Source: Candidatus Pacebacteria bacterium CG10_big_fil_rev_8_21_14_0_10_44_54 (GTDB lineage: Bacteria > Patescibacteriota > Microgenomatia > UBA1400 > PJMF01). From it: a DNA stretch of 64,000 nucleotides. The DNA is taken from NCBI GenBank assembly GCA_002772695.1, contig PFDI01000003.1, positions 11,914 through 75,913 of the forward strand. The letters are read 5' to 3'. The notes under the pieces were generated by a model. It had not been told where the DNA came from. It saw nothing but the letters and a program-made list of their open reading frames with translations, and ran no database searches. Made by a program: the position numbers and the translations under genes. Below, piece by piece: positions 36,872-46,970 of this stretch (position 1 is the stretch's first letter; the number at the start of each line of letters is the position of its first letter).

Positions 36872-37848
36872 GACAACCAGAAATACTTGTCATCGGCGGC
36901 GGAACTGGTATTTACCCAGTCGTATCTGCTCTAAAACAATTGTCCGTAAAAATTACTACTATCATTGCTGTATCCGATTCCGGTGGTTCCACAGGCAGAA
37001 TCAGAGATGAGTTTGGATTTCCCCCAGTCGGTGACTTGCGCCAATCGCTTGCCGCACTTGCAAGTCTTGATAGCCAAAGAGCAATTCAAGAACTATTGCT
37101 CTACAGATTTGAAAGGGGCAGTGGACTCAAAGGCCATAATCTTGGCAATCTTATCCTCACAGCTCTACAAGATAAATATCGATCAACTACCAAAGCACTT
37201 GAGGTAGCACAACAAATTTTCCGCATTGAAGGGAATGTTATCCCGAGCACCGACACTGCAGTTAATCTTAAAATTACATATCAAGACGGCACCGAAGTAC
37301 TTGGAGAACACCACCTAGATAAAGCGATAAAAAAACCAAATAAAATTGCAAAAGTCTCACTTACTCCAAAATGCAAGGTGAATCCTGCCGTTACAAAAGC
37401 ACTATCCAAGGCAGACCTTATTATAATTGGTCCAGGCGACCTTTATGCTAGCCTCATAGCTGTACTGGTTACTCCAGGACTATCTCAGGCTTTGGTGCAT
37501 TCAAAGTCGCCAATTTGTTACTTTCTTAATCTTATGACTCGACAAGCACAGACTCATGATATGACTGCCACCGACCACGTAACAGCAATCGAAAGAATAC
37601 TCGGTTTTCCCCTTACCAAAATTATCATTAACACTGACCCCATACCCCCTGAAATTTTGACTGTTTATGCTGCGCAACAAGAATTTCCCGTTACAGACGA
37701 TGTGACAAACGACGATCGCATACTTCGTAAACCACTGTTGGAAAAAACAATTCACAAGCAATCAAGTTCGGATTCCGTACAGCGCACATTACTGCGTCAT
37801 AGTAGTAAAAAAATCATCCCAGTGATTAAATCACTTTTGGCAATATGA
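36868..37848 (+). CDS. yvcK: YvcK/GlmR (UPF0052, CofD-like) family protein
   Basis: LVIGGGTGIYPVVSALK...AVSDSGGSTGRIRDEFGFPPVGDLRQ. Confidence 0.8.
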   Translation: MRQPEILVIGGGTGIYPVVSALKQLSVKITTIIAVSDSGGSTGRIRDEFGFPPVGDLRQSLAALASLDSQRAIQELLLYRFERGSGLKGHNLGNLILTALQDKYRSTTKALEVAQQIFRIEGNVIPSTDTAVNLKITYQDGTEVLGEHHLDKAIKKPNKIAKVSLTPKCKVNPAVTKALSKADLIIIGPGDLYASLIAVLVTPGLSQALVHSKSPICYFLNLMTRQAQTHDMTATDHVTAIERILGFPLTKIIINTDPIPPEILTVYAAQQEFPVTDDVTNDDRILRKPLLEKTIHKQSSSDSVQRTLLRHSSKKIIPVIKSLLAI

Positions 37849-39224
37849 ACTTCTTTCCCTACCAGCACGCACATCTTGTCGGTATCAAAGGTGTGGCGAT
37901 GACTGCCTTGGCGCAACTACTGCGAGATTGTGGCACCTCGGTTACTGGCAGTGACGTCGCAGAAGAGTTTGTAACGCAAAAAATGCTCACCCAACTGCAT
38001 CTCAAAATCCAAATCTCATTTGCTGACAAACTGCCAGATAAAACTGACTGCGTTATTTATACCGCGGCGCACCAAGCGATCAACAATCCTCAAGTGCAGG
38101 CAGCGCTTACCAAAAAACTACCTGTGTTTTCCCATGCTGAAGTTCTGGCTCTTTTCTTTAATCAGAAACATGGTATTGCTGTTTGTGGTGTCGGGGGTAA
38201 ATCAACAATTTCTGCAATGATTGCTTGGATCCTTACCAAGTTGCGGCAAAATCCATCATATGCGGTGGGAGTAGGAAAAATCATTGGACTCAAGCAAACT
38301 GGCAAGTATGCTAAATCGAGTAAAATTTTTGTCGCAGAGGCAGACGAATACGTAACTAATCCTACAGAGCCTAACCCACAACTTCGGGTTGCTCGTTTCT
38401 CGTACTTGCGACCAAGCATTGCTGTTTGTAGCAACATATTACATGATCATCCCGACGTCTATGCCAATGAAGCTGCTACACAAACAGTTTTTAATCAGTT
38501 TTTTGGACAGATAAAAAAGCCAAGAGTCCTCATTCTTAATTCTGCATCAGAAAAGTTACTCACTACAAAAGTTGCTAAACTAATTACCTACGGAGTTAAC
38601 GCTCATGACACCTATTTTCTTGAAAAAAATAGTGAGACACGAGATAAAGTAGTTACGACTACACTCCACTACAAAAATACTACTTATAAAGTATCACTAG
38701 CAGTACCTGGTTTTTTTAATTTACTAAATGCGACGGCAGCTATTGCGGCCTGTGTAGCTGCTGGTCTACCAATTGCTGAGTGCATAGAGGCCATACGCAC
38801 ATTTGCTTCAACCCAACGTCGTTTTGAAAATAAAGGGATACACAATGGCGTGCAGTACTACGATGATTATGCTCATCATCCAAGTGAAATTTTGGCTACA
38901 ATAACCGCAGCAAAAGACTGGGAACCAAACAAACGGATTGTTTTTGCATTTCAACCACATACCTACTCTAGAACAAAAAAATTATTTTCAGAATTTTCAG
39001 AGGTACTCAGTCGTGCAAATGAAATGCTCTTGCTCCCAATCTATGCCTCAGCTCGAGAACAAGCAGATACAAGCATACAAAGCGAAATGCTATTGCCTTC
39101 TGCCAAATCGCTCTCGGGCATTGCAGAGCTTGCAGAGTGGTGCAAAAAAGAGTTAAAGCCTGGCGACGTTTTTATCACACTTGGAGCAGGCGATATTTAT
39201 CAAGTACATGAGTTGTTACAATAA
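37845..39224 (+). CDS. murC: UDP-N-acetylmuramate--L-alanine ligase
   Basis: HLVGIKGVAMTALAQLL...VCGVGGKSTISAM. Confidence 0.9.
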   Translation: MNFFPYQHAHLVGIKGVAMTALAQLLRDCGTSVTGSDVAEEFVTQKMLTQLHLKIQISFADKLPDKTDCVIYTAAHQAINNPQVQAALTKKLPVFSHAEVLALFFNQKHGIAVCGVGGKSTISAMIAWILTKLRQNPSYAVGVGKIIGLKQTGKYAKSSKIFVAEADEYVTNPTEPNPQLRVARFSYLRPSIAVCSNILHDHPDVYANEAATQTVFNQFFGQIKKPRVLILNSASEKLLTTKVAKLITYGVNAHDTYFLEKNSETRDKVVTTTLHYKNTTYKVSLAVPGFFNLLNATAAIAACVAAGLPIAECIEAIRTFASTQRRFENKGIHNGVQYYDDYAHHPSEILATITAAKDWEPNKRIVFAFQPHTYSRTKKLFSEFSEVLSRANEMLLLPIYASAREQADTSIQSEMLLPSAKSLSGIAELAEWCKKELKPGDVFITLGAGDIYQVHELLQ

Positions 39225-39228
39225 CATC

Positions 39229-40302
39229 ATGCGGACATGGAAAAATATACTCCAGCAAGCCTGTCCCAGCGTCGCCTTTCGGGCAAACGAACCGCTCGCG
39301 CATCACACAACTGTAGGCATTGGTGGACCTGCTGAGTTGTTTTGCAGTATTTCGACCAAACAAGACCTCACGGCCGTATTGCAGATAGCAATACAAGAAA
39401 AAATCCCTATTACCATACTCGGTTGGGGTGCAAACACACTAATAGCAGATCGAGGTATTACCGGTTTAGTCATAAAAAATACAACCAACAATCTAAAAAT
39501 ACTAGACCAAAATCTAACCCCAAAAGATCCTGAACAACTTACTGCTCGCTGGCAAGCTGCAACAGCCGACACTAACATGCCACAGTTCCAAGATCTTGAC
39601 TACGACGAGAAATCGGCAGAACAAGTTTTGGTTGAGATCGATTCCGGAGCAGCACTGCCTGTGCTGATTCAAAAATTGGTGCGACAAGGCATTACTGGCC
39701 TGCAATGGTTCACCAAGATACCAGCTACGCTTGGTGGAGCAGTGGTAAATAATATCCACGGTGGTACACACTATATTTCTGAATTTGTTGAGTCGGTAGA
39801 AGTACTTGATGCATCAGGAAATAAACAAACACTACGGGCTAGCCAACTCGAATTTGACTACGATTACTCTAGATTTCACCACACAGATGAGTACTTACTG
39901 ACACTCAGACTGCGTCTGTATCGAGGAGATCAAGAACGAGCGCAAGCCATAATCACAAAATGGTCCAGACAAAAACAAAAACAACCGCCTCGCTCGCTTG
40001 GTTGTGTCTTCCAAAATATTACTGCCAAACAACAGCGAGAACTTGCGCTACCAACCCCCAGTATTGGCTATCTAGTCGACCAGGAACTTGGTTTGGCAGG
40101 TACAAAAGTTGGTGATGCAGAAATTTCAAAATTGCACGCTGCGTTTATAGTAAACACTGGCAGAGCAACGGCTAGCGAGTATCTTGCCGTTATGAGACAA
40201 ATCCACCAAGCGGTATACATAAAATACAATGTTTCACTCAAGCCTGAAATTTTTTTTAAAGGCTTTACCCAAGAAGAACTAGCGTTCCTTACTCCGCTAT
40301 AA
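39229..40302 (+). CDS. murB: UDP-N-acetylenolpyruvoylglucosamine reductase
   Basis: EPLAHHTTVGIGGPAELF (FAD-binding domain) and the MurB C-terminal domain. The start is taken at the first ATG after the murC stop. Confidence 0.85.
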   Translation: MRTWKNILQQACPSVAFRANEPLAHHTTVGIGGPAELFCSISTKQDLTAVLQIAIQEKIPITILGWGANTLIADRGITGLVIKNTTNNLKILDQNLTPKDPEQLTARWQAATADTNMPQFQDLDYDEKSAEQVLVEIDSGAALPVLIQKLVRQGITGLQWFTKIPATLGGAVVNNIHGGTHYISEFVESVEVLDASGNKQTLRASQLEFDYDYSRFHHTDEYLLTLRLRLYRGDQERAQAIITKWSRQKQKQPPRSLGCVFQNITAKQQRELALPTPSIGYLVDQELGLAGTKVGDAEISKLHAAFIVNTGRATASEYLAVMRQIHQAVYIKYNVSLKPEIFFKGFTQEELAFLTPL

Positions 40303-41627
40303 TGAATACTATGAATACATTTAAGATTGTTGGCGGCAAACCGCTTTTTGGCTCTGTTCGCATCGGCGGAGCAAAAAATGCCTCATATAAGTTGATGCTG
40401 GCAACACTTCTCGCCCATACTCCTTCACGCATCCTTAATTTCTCGCATATTCAAGATGTTGCTACCGTCGGCAAAATCATCACATCACTCGGCGGCATGG
40501 TAAAAGCCGTGGGTGAACGAGCTCTAGTTATTGACCCAAAAAATCTGCACAAATTTGAACTCTCGAAAGCAGTTGGTTCAGAAGGTCGATTCTCAAGTAT
40601 GTTCATTGCACCGCTGCTCGCTCGATTTGGTCGGGCGATTGTGCCAATCCCCGGTGGTGACAAAATTGGCAAGCGACCACTCAATTGGCACTTTGATGGG
40701 CTGCGCGCACTCGGTGCAGAAATTACCCTTAAAAATGGAGTTTTCTATGCTCGAGCAGAAAAACTTCGTGGCACTGTGTACCGCTTCCACAAGAACACAC
40801 ACACTGGTACAGAGACGGTTTTGTTGGCTGCAGTCCAGGCTGAAGGAATAACAAGACTCGAAAATGCAGCCGAAGAACCAGAAATTGACGATCTCATCAA
40901 TTTTCTCATTGCCATGGGGGCAAAAATCACCCGACCAGAAAAACGAGTACTTGAAATTGATGGTGTAGCAAAACTTCGTGGTGCCATACACAAATTGATG
41001 CCAGATCGCAATGAAGCTGTCAGCTATGCATGCGCTGCACTGGCAACAAAGGGAGATATTATCATAGAAAACGCCAGAGCAGAGCATCTAGAATCATTTT
41101 TAGAACAACTCAACAAGATTGGCGCCGGCTATGAACTGGGGTCCTACGGTATTCGATTTTTTTATAAAGGAAAACTTATTGCAACTGACATAGAAACTCG
41201 CCAAGCTCCTGGATTTATGACAGATTGGCAACCGATTTGGGCTACCCTCATGACTCAAGCAACAGGTACAAGCCGTATTCATGAAACCATTCACGAAGAT
41301 CGCTTTCAGTACATTAAAGAACTGCAGGCAATGGGTGCACAAATCACAACTTATCAGCCAAAAGTAACAAATCCTGAAAATTTGTACAATTTTGAGTATG
41401 CTAAAAGCAACCACGACACACCACACGCCATAGCTGTCACTGGTCCAACAAAACTAAAACCTGGACAATTTGCCGTAAAAGACCTGCGCCATGGTGCCAC
41501 GCTTGTCATTGCTGCTCTGACCGCACCTGGTACATCATACATTACTCAAATTCAACACATTGATCGCGGATATGAGTCGCTTGACGAGAGACTACGATCT
41601 CTTGGCGCAGAAATTGCTAGAACGTAG
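40302..41627 (+). CDS. murA: UDP-N-acetylglucosamine 1-carboxyvinyltransferase
   Basis: FKIVGGKPLFGSVRIGGAKNA...PGGDKIGKRPL (EPT family). Confidence 0.9.
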   Translation: MNTMNTFKIVGGKPLFGSVRIGGAKNASYKLMLATLLAHTPSRILNFSHIQDVATVGKIITSLGGMVKAVGERALVIDPKNLHKFELSKAVGSEGRFSSMFIAPLLARFGRAIVPIPGGDKIGKRPLNWHFDGLRALGAEITLKNGVFYARAEKLRGTVYRFHKNTHTGTETVLLAAVQAEGITRLENAAEEPEIDDLINFLIAMGAKITRPEKRVLEIDGVAKLRGAIHKLMPDRNEAVSYACAALATKGDIIIENARAEHLESFLEQLNKIGAGYELGSYGIRFFYKGKLIATDIETRQAPGFMTDWQPIWATLMTQATGTSRIHETIHEDRFQYIKELQAMGAQITTYQPKVTNPENLYNFEYAKSNHDTPHAIAVTGPTKLKPGQFAVKDLRHGATLVIAALTAPGTSYITQIQHIDRGYESLDERLRSLGAEIART

Positions 41628-41639
41628 TATCATTGTCAT

Positions 41640-42686
41640 ATGCAGTCTCTTGGCATTGCTTTTGGCGTACTTCTATTTTCATTCATAGTCACATCTATTT
41701 TAATAATTCCATTTATTAATTTGCTGTATTCCTGGCGATTTCGCCGCAAATCACAAATTACTGCGGATGTCTTTGGCAAGCTAACACCAGTTTTTAATCG
41801 TTTCCACGCAAAAAAAGCCGGTGTTCCAATCGGCGGAGGACTACTAGTTATACTGGTAGTTTCAATTCTCTTCGCCCTCATCTTGCCGCTAGTGAAGTTA
41901 TTTGGCCAAGAGGTAACCAGTGTTCACCGTGACATTGGTGCCGAGATAAATATAATCTTCTTCACCTTTTTGTCATTTGGCATCCTCGGACTCTATGACG
42001 ATATTAAAAAATTCTTTCTTCTCGAAAAAGAAGGTTTTTTTGGTCTGCGTATGAAGCACAAGTTTTTTCTCCAGCTCATACTTTCGCTGATTATCAGTCT
42101 AATGCTCTATCAAAACCTTGGCATCTCATTCATTAACATTCCATTTGTCGGTACTTTCAATCTAGGCTTGATGTTTATTCCATTTGCTACCTTCACAATT
42201 TTGGCATTTGCTAATGCAGTAAATATTTCTGATGGTCTTGATGGCTTGGCGTCGGGATCACTCATGATTTGTCTATTCGGCCTGTGGCTGCTTTCAGCCT
42301 CAATTCTTGATATTCCACTCTCATTATTTATCGCAATCTGGATTGGCTCATTGATTTCATTTTTGTACTTTAATGTCTATCCAGCGCGGATATTTATGGG
42401 TGACGTCGGCTCATTAGCTTTTGGTGCTACCTTGGCGGTAGTTGGCTTATTACTCGGAAAAGTTTTCGCGCTTCTGATTATTGGCTTTATATTTGTTTTG
42501 GAAATTACCTCATCATTTTTACAGCTGCTCTCAAAACGCTTCCGCAAGAAGAAATTATTTCCAGCTGCTCCCTTTCACCTCACCCTACAAGCTCAAGGCT
42601 GGGAGGAACCAAAAATTGTGCAACGTGCCTGGATTATTCAAATCTTATTGACTATTTTTGGCGTATGGTTGACCGTCGTACGATGA
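41640..42686 (+). CDS. mraY: phospho-N-acetylmuramoyl-pentapeptide transferase
   Basis: NAVNISDGLDGLASG...MGDVGSLAFGA. Confidence 0.9.
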   Translation: MQSLGIAFGVLLFSFIVTSILIIPFINLLYSWRFRRKSQITADVFGKLTPVFNRFHAKKAGVPIGGGLLVILVVSILFALILPLVKLFGQEVTSVHRDIGAEINIIFFTFLSFGILGLYDDIKKFFLLEKEGFFGLRMKHKFFLQLILSLIISLMLYQNLGISFINIPFVGTFNLGLMFIPFATFTILAFANAVNISDGLDGLASGSLMICLFGLWLLSASILDIPLSLFIAIWIGSLISFLYFNVYPARIFMGDVGSLAFGATLAVVGLLLGKVFALLIIGFIFVLEITSSFLQLLSKRFRKKKLFPAAPFHLTLQAQGWEEPKIVQRAWIIQILLTIFGVWLTVVR

Positions 42687-43768
42687 AGCGAAAAAAAAAT
42701 TCTCATGCGAGCGCTGCACGATGGCTTTTTTTGTACACAGCCCTTCTAAGCTTGGTCGGACTTATATTTGTGTTCGAAGGCTCAATTATCGAAAGCTATC
42801 GAACTTTTGGTACTCCATATGCTCTTATCACTCAACAGCTATTTGGTGTATTCATCGGCATTGGAGCCTTCGCGCTTGCTCTGCTACTGCCGAGCAAAAT
42901 TTGGACACGGCTGGGAACACCGCTCTACATATTTGGAATTATCTGTCTGTCACTAGTATTTTTGCCGATAATTGGCCTCGAACTTAATGGAGCACGACGC
43001 TGGATTAACCTCGGCTTCATGGTGATTCAACCTGTTGAATTACTAAAATTTTGCCTCATTGCTAGCTTTGCTCACTGGTTTGCAAAAAAACAAAATATTC
43101 GTTCTTTTCTTTTTTTAAGCGCTATCCCTCTCACACTTTTGCTGCTACAACCAGATTTTGGATCAACACTTTTGGTCGGAAGTATTGCCATTGGCATTAT
43201 TTTTGTCGCCGGTGGGTCAATAAAAAAATTGCTTGTTGCAGGTTTATTTTGTTTGCCGCTACTATTGCTTGCTATTTTTGGCTCTTCGTATCGACTTGAG
43301 CGGGTAAAAACTTTTTTTAATCCAAGTAGCAATACACTAAGTACTGGCTTTCATGTCAAACAAATAACACTCGCATTTGGCCATGGAGGCCTTTTCGGTC
43401 AAGGCATAGGCAATTCTCAACAAAAACAATCCTACTTACCAGAATCAAGTACAGACTCTATTTTTGCCATTGTCGGGGAAGAGCTTGGTTTTGTCGGTAC
43501 TTCTCTCATCCTTATACTATTTACCTTGCTATTTTTTCAACTCTATAAGGCAGCAATGGGACTTGAAAAAAAACCTGAATCACGACTGGTAGTGTACGGA
43601 ATTCTTTTTTGGTTTGCGGGTCAAACATTTCTCAATTTATTGGCAACTGTGGGACTTATCCCACTGACAGGAGAACCGTTGCCATTTTTTTCGTATGGTA
43701 GATCGTCTTTGATCATGATATTGTTTGCCTCAGGAGTAGCCATTCGTGTTGCTCGAGAAAATACATGA
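42683..43768 (+). CDS. ftsW: SEDS family peptidoglycan glycosyltransferase FtsW
   Basis: Polytopic membrane protein with PLPFFSYGRSSLI. Its ATG overlaps the mraY stop (ATGA). Confidence 0.85.
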   Translation: MKRKKNSHASAARWLFLYTALLSLVGLIFVFEGSIIESYRTFGTPYALITQQLFGVFIGIGAFALALLLPSKIWTRLGTPLYIFGIICLSLVFLPIIGLELNGARRWINLGFMVIQPVELLKFCLIASFAHWFAKKQNIRSFLFLSAIPLTLLLLQPDFGSTLLVGSIAIGIIFVAGGSIKKLLVAGLFCLPLLLLAIFGSSYRLERVKTFFNPSSNTLSTGFHVKQITLAFGHGGLFGQGIGNSQQKQSYLPESSTDSIFAIVGEELGFVGTSLILILFTLLFFQLYKAAMGLEKKPESRLVVYGILFWFAGQTFLNLLATVGLIPLTGEPLPFFSYGRSSLIMILFASGVAIRVARENT

Positions 43769-44886
43769 AAATACTAACAACTGGCGGACACCTCACGCCC
43801 GCTCTTGCTTTTATTGATTATGTGAGAGAGCAGGCGGGCGCAGAATTCATTTTCTTGGGTCGCGAATTTTCGCAGATACAAAACAATCAGCGATCACAGG
43901 AAATTCAGGCCATTGCTACCGATCGAAGCATTCCATTTATTGCCTTTCAATCCGGAAAATTAACATTCCACTCACCCTGGCAATTACTGCTACAGTCATG
44001 GCAAGTAATAATTGGCATTATCCGAGCATTCAAGATAATCTCAACAGAAAAGCCAGATGTAGTTGTTTTGTTTGGGGGCTATCTAGCTGTTCCCGTTGCC
44101 CTAGCAGCTTGGCTGCAACATATCCCGGTTGTCACTCACGAACAAACAGCTGTAGCTAGTTTGAGCACTCAAATTATTGGCATTTTTAGTAAAAAGATTG
44201 CTGTATCACACAAGCATCTACTTGAAAAATTTTCAGAAAAAAAAGTAGTCTTCACTGGCAACCTACTGCGACACAAGCTCGAAAACAACCAGCCCAAAAA
44301 ACCAAGTTGGCTTGGCAGCCTCGAGCTACCTGTTATGTATATCACTGGCGGCAACCAAGGTTCTCAGGTAATAAACGCCACTATCGCTCAAGTCTTGCCA
44401 CAATTGACGCGTGACTGGACTGTGGTGCATCAATGCGGCTCGCCCACCAAAAAAACTAATTATGCGCAACAGCTTCATGACGCAGCTAGTCAGCTCTCCC
44501 ACCCTGCACAAGCCCGTTACTCAGTGCGTGAGTGGATAACAGAAACTGAACTTGCTTGGCTTTACACTCATGCTCAGATCGTTATTTCTAGAGCAGGAGC
44601 AAACACCCTGTTTGAACTGCAACACTTTGGACTGCCAGCAATACTTATCCCACTACCATTCTCACACCAACAAGAACAACTACGCAATGCCGAGATAGCA
44701 GCAAAATCTGGCAACTCAATTATCTTGCCACAAAATAAACTTAATCCTGATAGTCTTATAACTGCAATAAAAAATCTAGCTACCCACCGATCTGCCCGAC
44801 GAAAAAAAAATCTCCGACAAAAAACAAATACCCAGGGCAATAAAAATCTCTGGAACATTGTTTCTTCACTTGCTAAAGCTGTATGA
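43765..44886 (+). CDS. murG: UDP-GlcNAc:undecaprenyl-PP-MurNAc-pentapeptide GlcNAc transferase MurG
   Basis: MKILTTGGHLTPALAF...ISRAGANTLFE (GT28). Confidence 0.85.
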   Translation: MKILTTGGHLTPALAFIDYVREQAGAEFIFLGREFSQIQNNQRSQEIQAIATDRSIPFIAFQSGKLTFHSPWQLLLQSWQVIIGIIRAFKIISTEKPDVVVLFGGYLAVPVALAAWLQHIPVVTHEQTAVASLSTQIIGIFSKKIAVSHKHLLEKFSEKKVVFTGNLLRHKLENNQPKKPSWLGSLELPVMYITGGNQGSQVINATIAQVLPQLTRDWTVVHQCGSPTKKTNYAQQLHDAASQLSHPAQARYSVREWITETELAWLYTHAQIVISRAGANTLFELQHFGLPAILIPLPFSHQQEQLRNAEIAAKSGNSIILPQNKLNPDSLITAIKNLATHRSARRKKNLRQKTNTQGNKNLWNIVSSLAKAV

Positions 44887-45575
44887 GATTTTTGAAAAAA
44901 AAGTTGATACTTGTTTCTATTGCTACCATCCTGACATTTGTGCTGATAACAAGGCTTTTGCGGATACAACACATCACGTGTAGTATTGAGAAAACCGAAG
45001 TTTGTTCCACAGAAGAACTGTACAAATTGCGTGGCACGAGTATCTTCTTTGTCAACCTATATCAAAACACAAGTATTGCTGAATACGAACGAGCACACAA
45101 TATTGCGCTCAAGTCATATCACATTTCGCTTCCTCAAACACTCGAGGTTGATTTTACAAGAAAGCCAGAGCTTTACACTGTGCTGCTTAATGATACCGAT
45201 CGTTACTCCATTTCAGACTCTGGCACTGCAAAATTACTTACAGGATCAAACGAAAACACAGATATACAAGTTATAACTCCGACACTATTTACAGAACAAA
45301 ATACTACTATATTACCAATATATCATCATTTTCTTGTTGCTTACGTCAAAATAATAAAGCAAGACAAAGAATTGCCAAAACGCGTACTGTTTGAAACTGA
45401 ATTTGTAGAACTACAACTATCCTCTGGAGGCGTCGCATTTTTGCCATACGAGCACACACAAGAAAAAATCAAAATCCTTCAGCACATTTTGGACTCACAA
45501 GCCCTCTCTACACTTCCCGCACCAATCAAAGAAGTTGATTTACGGTTTGACCTACCAGTACTACGCACGCAATGA
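44883..45575 (+). CDS. ftsQ: cell division protein FtsQ/DivIB-like (TM + POTRA)
   Basis: An N-terminal TM segment and its position between murG and ftsA. Confidence 0.5.
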   Translation: MRFLKKKLILVSIATILTFVLITRLLRIQHITCSIEKTEVCSTEELYKLRGTSIFFVNLYQNTSIAEYERAHNIALKSYHISLPQTLEVDFTRKPELYTVLLNDTDRYSISDSGTAKLLTGSNENTDIQVITPTLFTEQNTTILPIYHHFLVAYVKIIKQDKELPKRVLFETEFVELQLSSGGVAFLPYEHTQEKIKILQHILDSQALSTLPAPIKEVDLRFDLPVLRTQ

Positions 45576-45606
45576 GAATTTTGCTATGCTACTGCAACAG
45601 AATAAT

Positions 45607-46911
45607 ATGCCATCACACTCGATAGTTACCGCAATTGATCTCGGCACAGATAAGTGCGCCACACTTATAGCTTCGGTAGATGCATACCAGAAGTTACAAG
45701 TGCTTGGCGTTAGTGTCGTGCCAGCACGTGGCATGCGCAAAAGTCAAATTATCGATCTAGAAAAAGTGCTCGATACAATTACACAAAGTCTAGACGGGGC
45801 AGAGCGTATGGCTGGTCTTGAAGTAAAGTCAGCATACATCTCGGTTGGTGGCACTCATATCCAGTCACTCAACTCCAAAGGAGTGGTAGCTGTTGCCTCA
45901 CCACAACAGGAAATCACCAAGTCAGATGTAGAACGAGTTACCGAAGCTGCGCGCGCGCTTTCGCTACCATCAGATCGACAAATCATTCATGTCATTCCCA
46001 ATGCCTACAAAGTTGACTCTCAGGAAGGCATTAAAGATCCTGTCGGCATGACTGGTGTCAGACTTGAATCTGAAGCGCATATCATTACTGGTCTCAATAC
46101 AACGCTCATCAACATTGAAAAGTGCTTGCTTGATCTTGGTTTACAGATTGATGACTTTGTTTTCTCTGGTCTGGCAGCTGCCGAGGTTACACTAACTGAA
46201 ACTGAGAAGGAGCTTGGTGTTGCCTTAGTTGATATCGGTGCAGGCTCAACTTCAATTTGCGCCTATCTTGAAGGCTCGCTAGTTTTTTCTGCCTCATTAC
46301 CAGTTGGCGCTCGTCACATTACTCAAGACATTGCGCTTGGCTGTCGCGTCAGTCTCGAGACAGCAGAAAAGATTAAGGTTGCGCTTTCAGAATCTGGCGA
46401 AGATGTTCAAAAACCACTACCCGGAGAATCAAAAGAAGACTTCACTGCACGCAAGAAAAAAAGTGACGTGCTAAAGCTACAGGATTTTGGCGTTATCGAT
46501 AACAACGATGAAGAACTTTCCAGAAAAGCAATTGTTGAGGGAATCATGATTCCAAGAATACAAGAAATCTTTTCACTAATAGAAACTGCTCTGTCTGAAG
46601 CCAATGTGCTCGATGAGATTCCTGCCGGTATTGTCCTAACTGGTGGAGGTGCTAGTACACAAAATATGGCAAACATCGGAAAAAAAGAACTTCGAATGGC
46701 AGTGCGAGTTGGCGAACCCCTAGCACTTAGCGGTCTAACAAACGACATTCACAAACCATCCTTTGCTACAGCAATTGGCTTGCTCGAGTATGGTAGAAGG
46801 CAAGGCGGTAGCTCACAGAAGCGATCCTTTTCGCTTTCTTCACTTCCAAGTTTTAATATTGGCGCGGTACTTACTTCTATAAAAAAACTACTTGCTTCAT
46901 TACTACCATAG
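45607..46911 (+). CDS. ftsA: cell division protein FtsA
   Basis: IVTAIDLGTDKCATLIAS (actin-fold phosphate-1 motif). An alternative upstream ATG is at 45586. Confidence 0.9.
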   Translation: MPSHSIVTAIDLGTDKCATLIASVDAYQKLQVLGVSVVPARGMRKSQIIDLEKVLDTITQSLDGAERMAGLEVKSAYISVGGTHIQSLNSKGVVAVASPQQEITKSDVERVTEAARALSLPSDRQIIHVIPNAYKVDSQEGIKDPVGMTGVRLESEAHIITGLNTTLINIEKCLLDLGLQIDDFVFSGLAAAEVTLTETEKELGVALVDIGAGSTSICAYLEGSLVFSASLPVGARHITQDIALGCRVSLETAEKIKVALSESGEDVQKPLPGESKEDFTARKKKSDVLKLQDFGVIDNNDEELSRKAIVEGIMIPRIQEIFSLIETALSEANVLDEIPAGIVLTGGGASTQNMANIGKKELRMAVRVGEPLALSGLTNDIHKPSFATAIGLLEYGRRQGGSSQKRSFSLSSLPSFNIGAVLTSIKKLLASLLP

Positions 46912-46927
46912 TTTCTACGTAATCCGG

Positions 46928-46955
46928 TTGATTCTAGGATGATAAATGATACACT
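46928..46955 (+). promoter_or_regulatory. putative ftsZ promoter: -35 TTGATT, 16-nt spacer, extended -10 TGaTACACT
   Basis: Read from the sequence. The ATG lies 15 nt downstream of the -10. Confidence 0.45.
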
Positions 46956-46970
46956 GCGAGACATATCGAT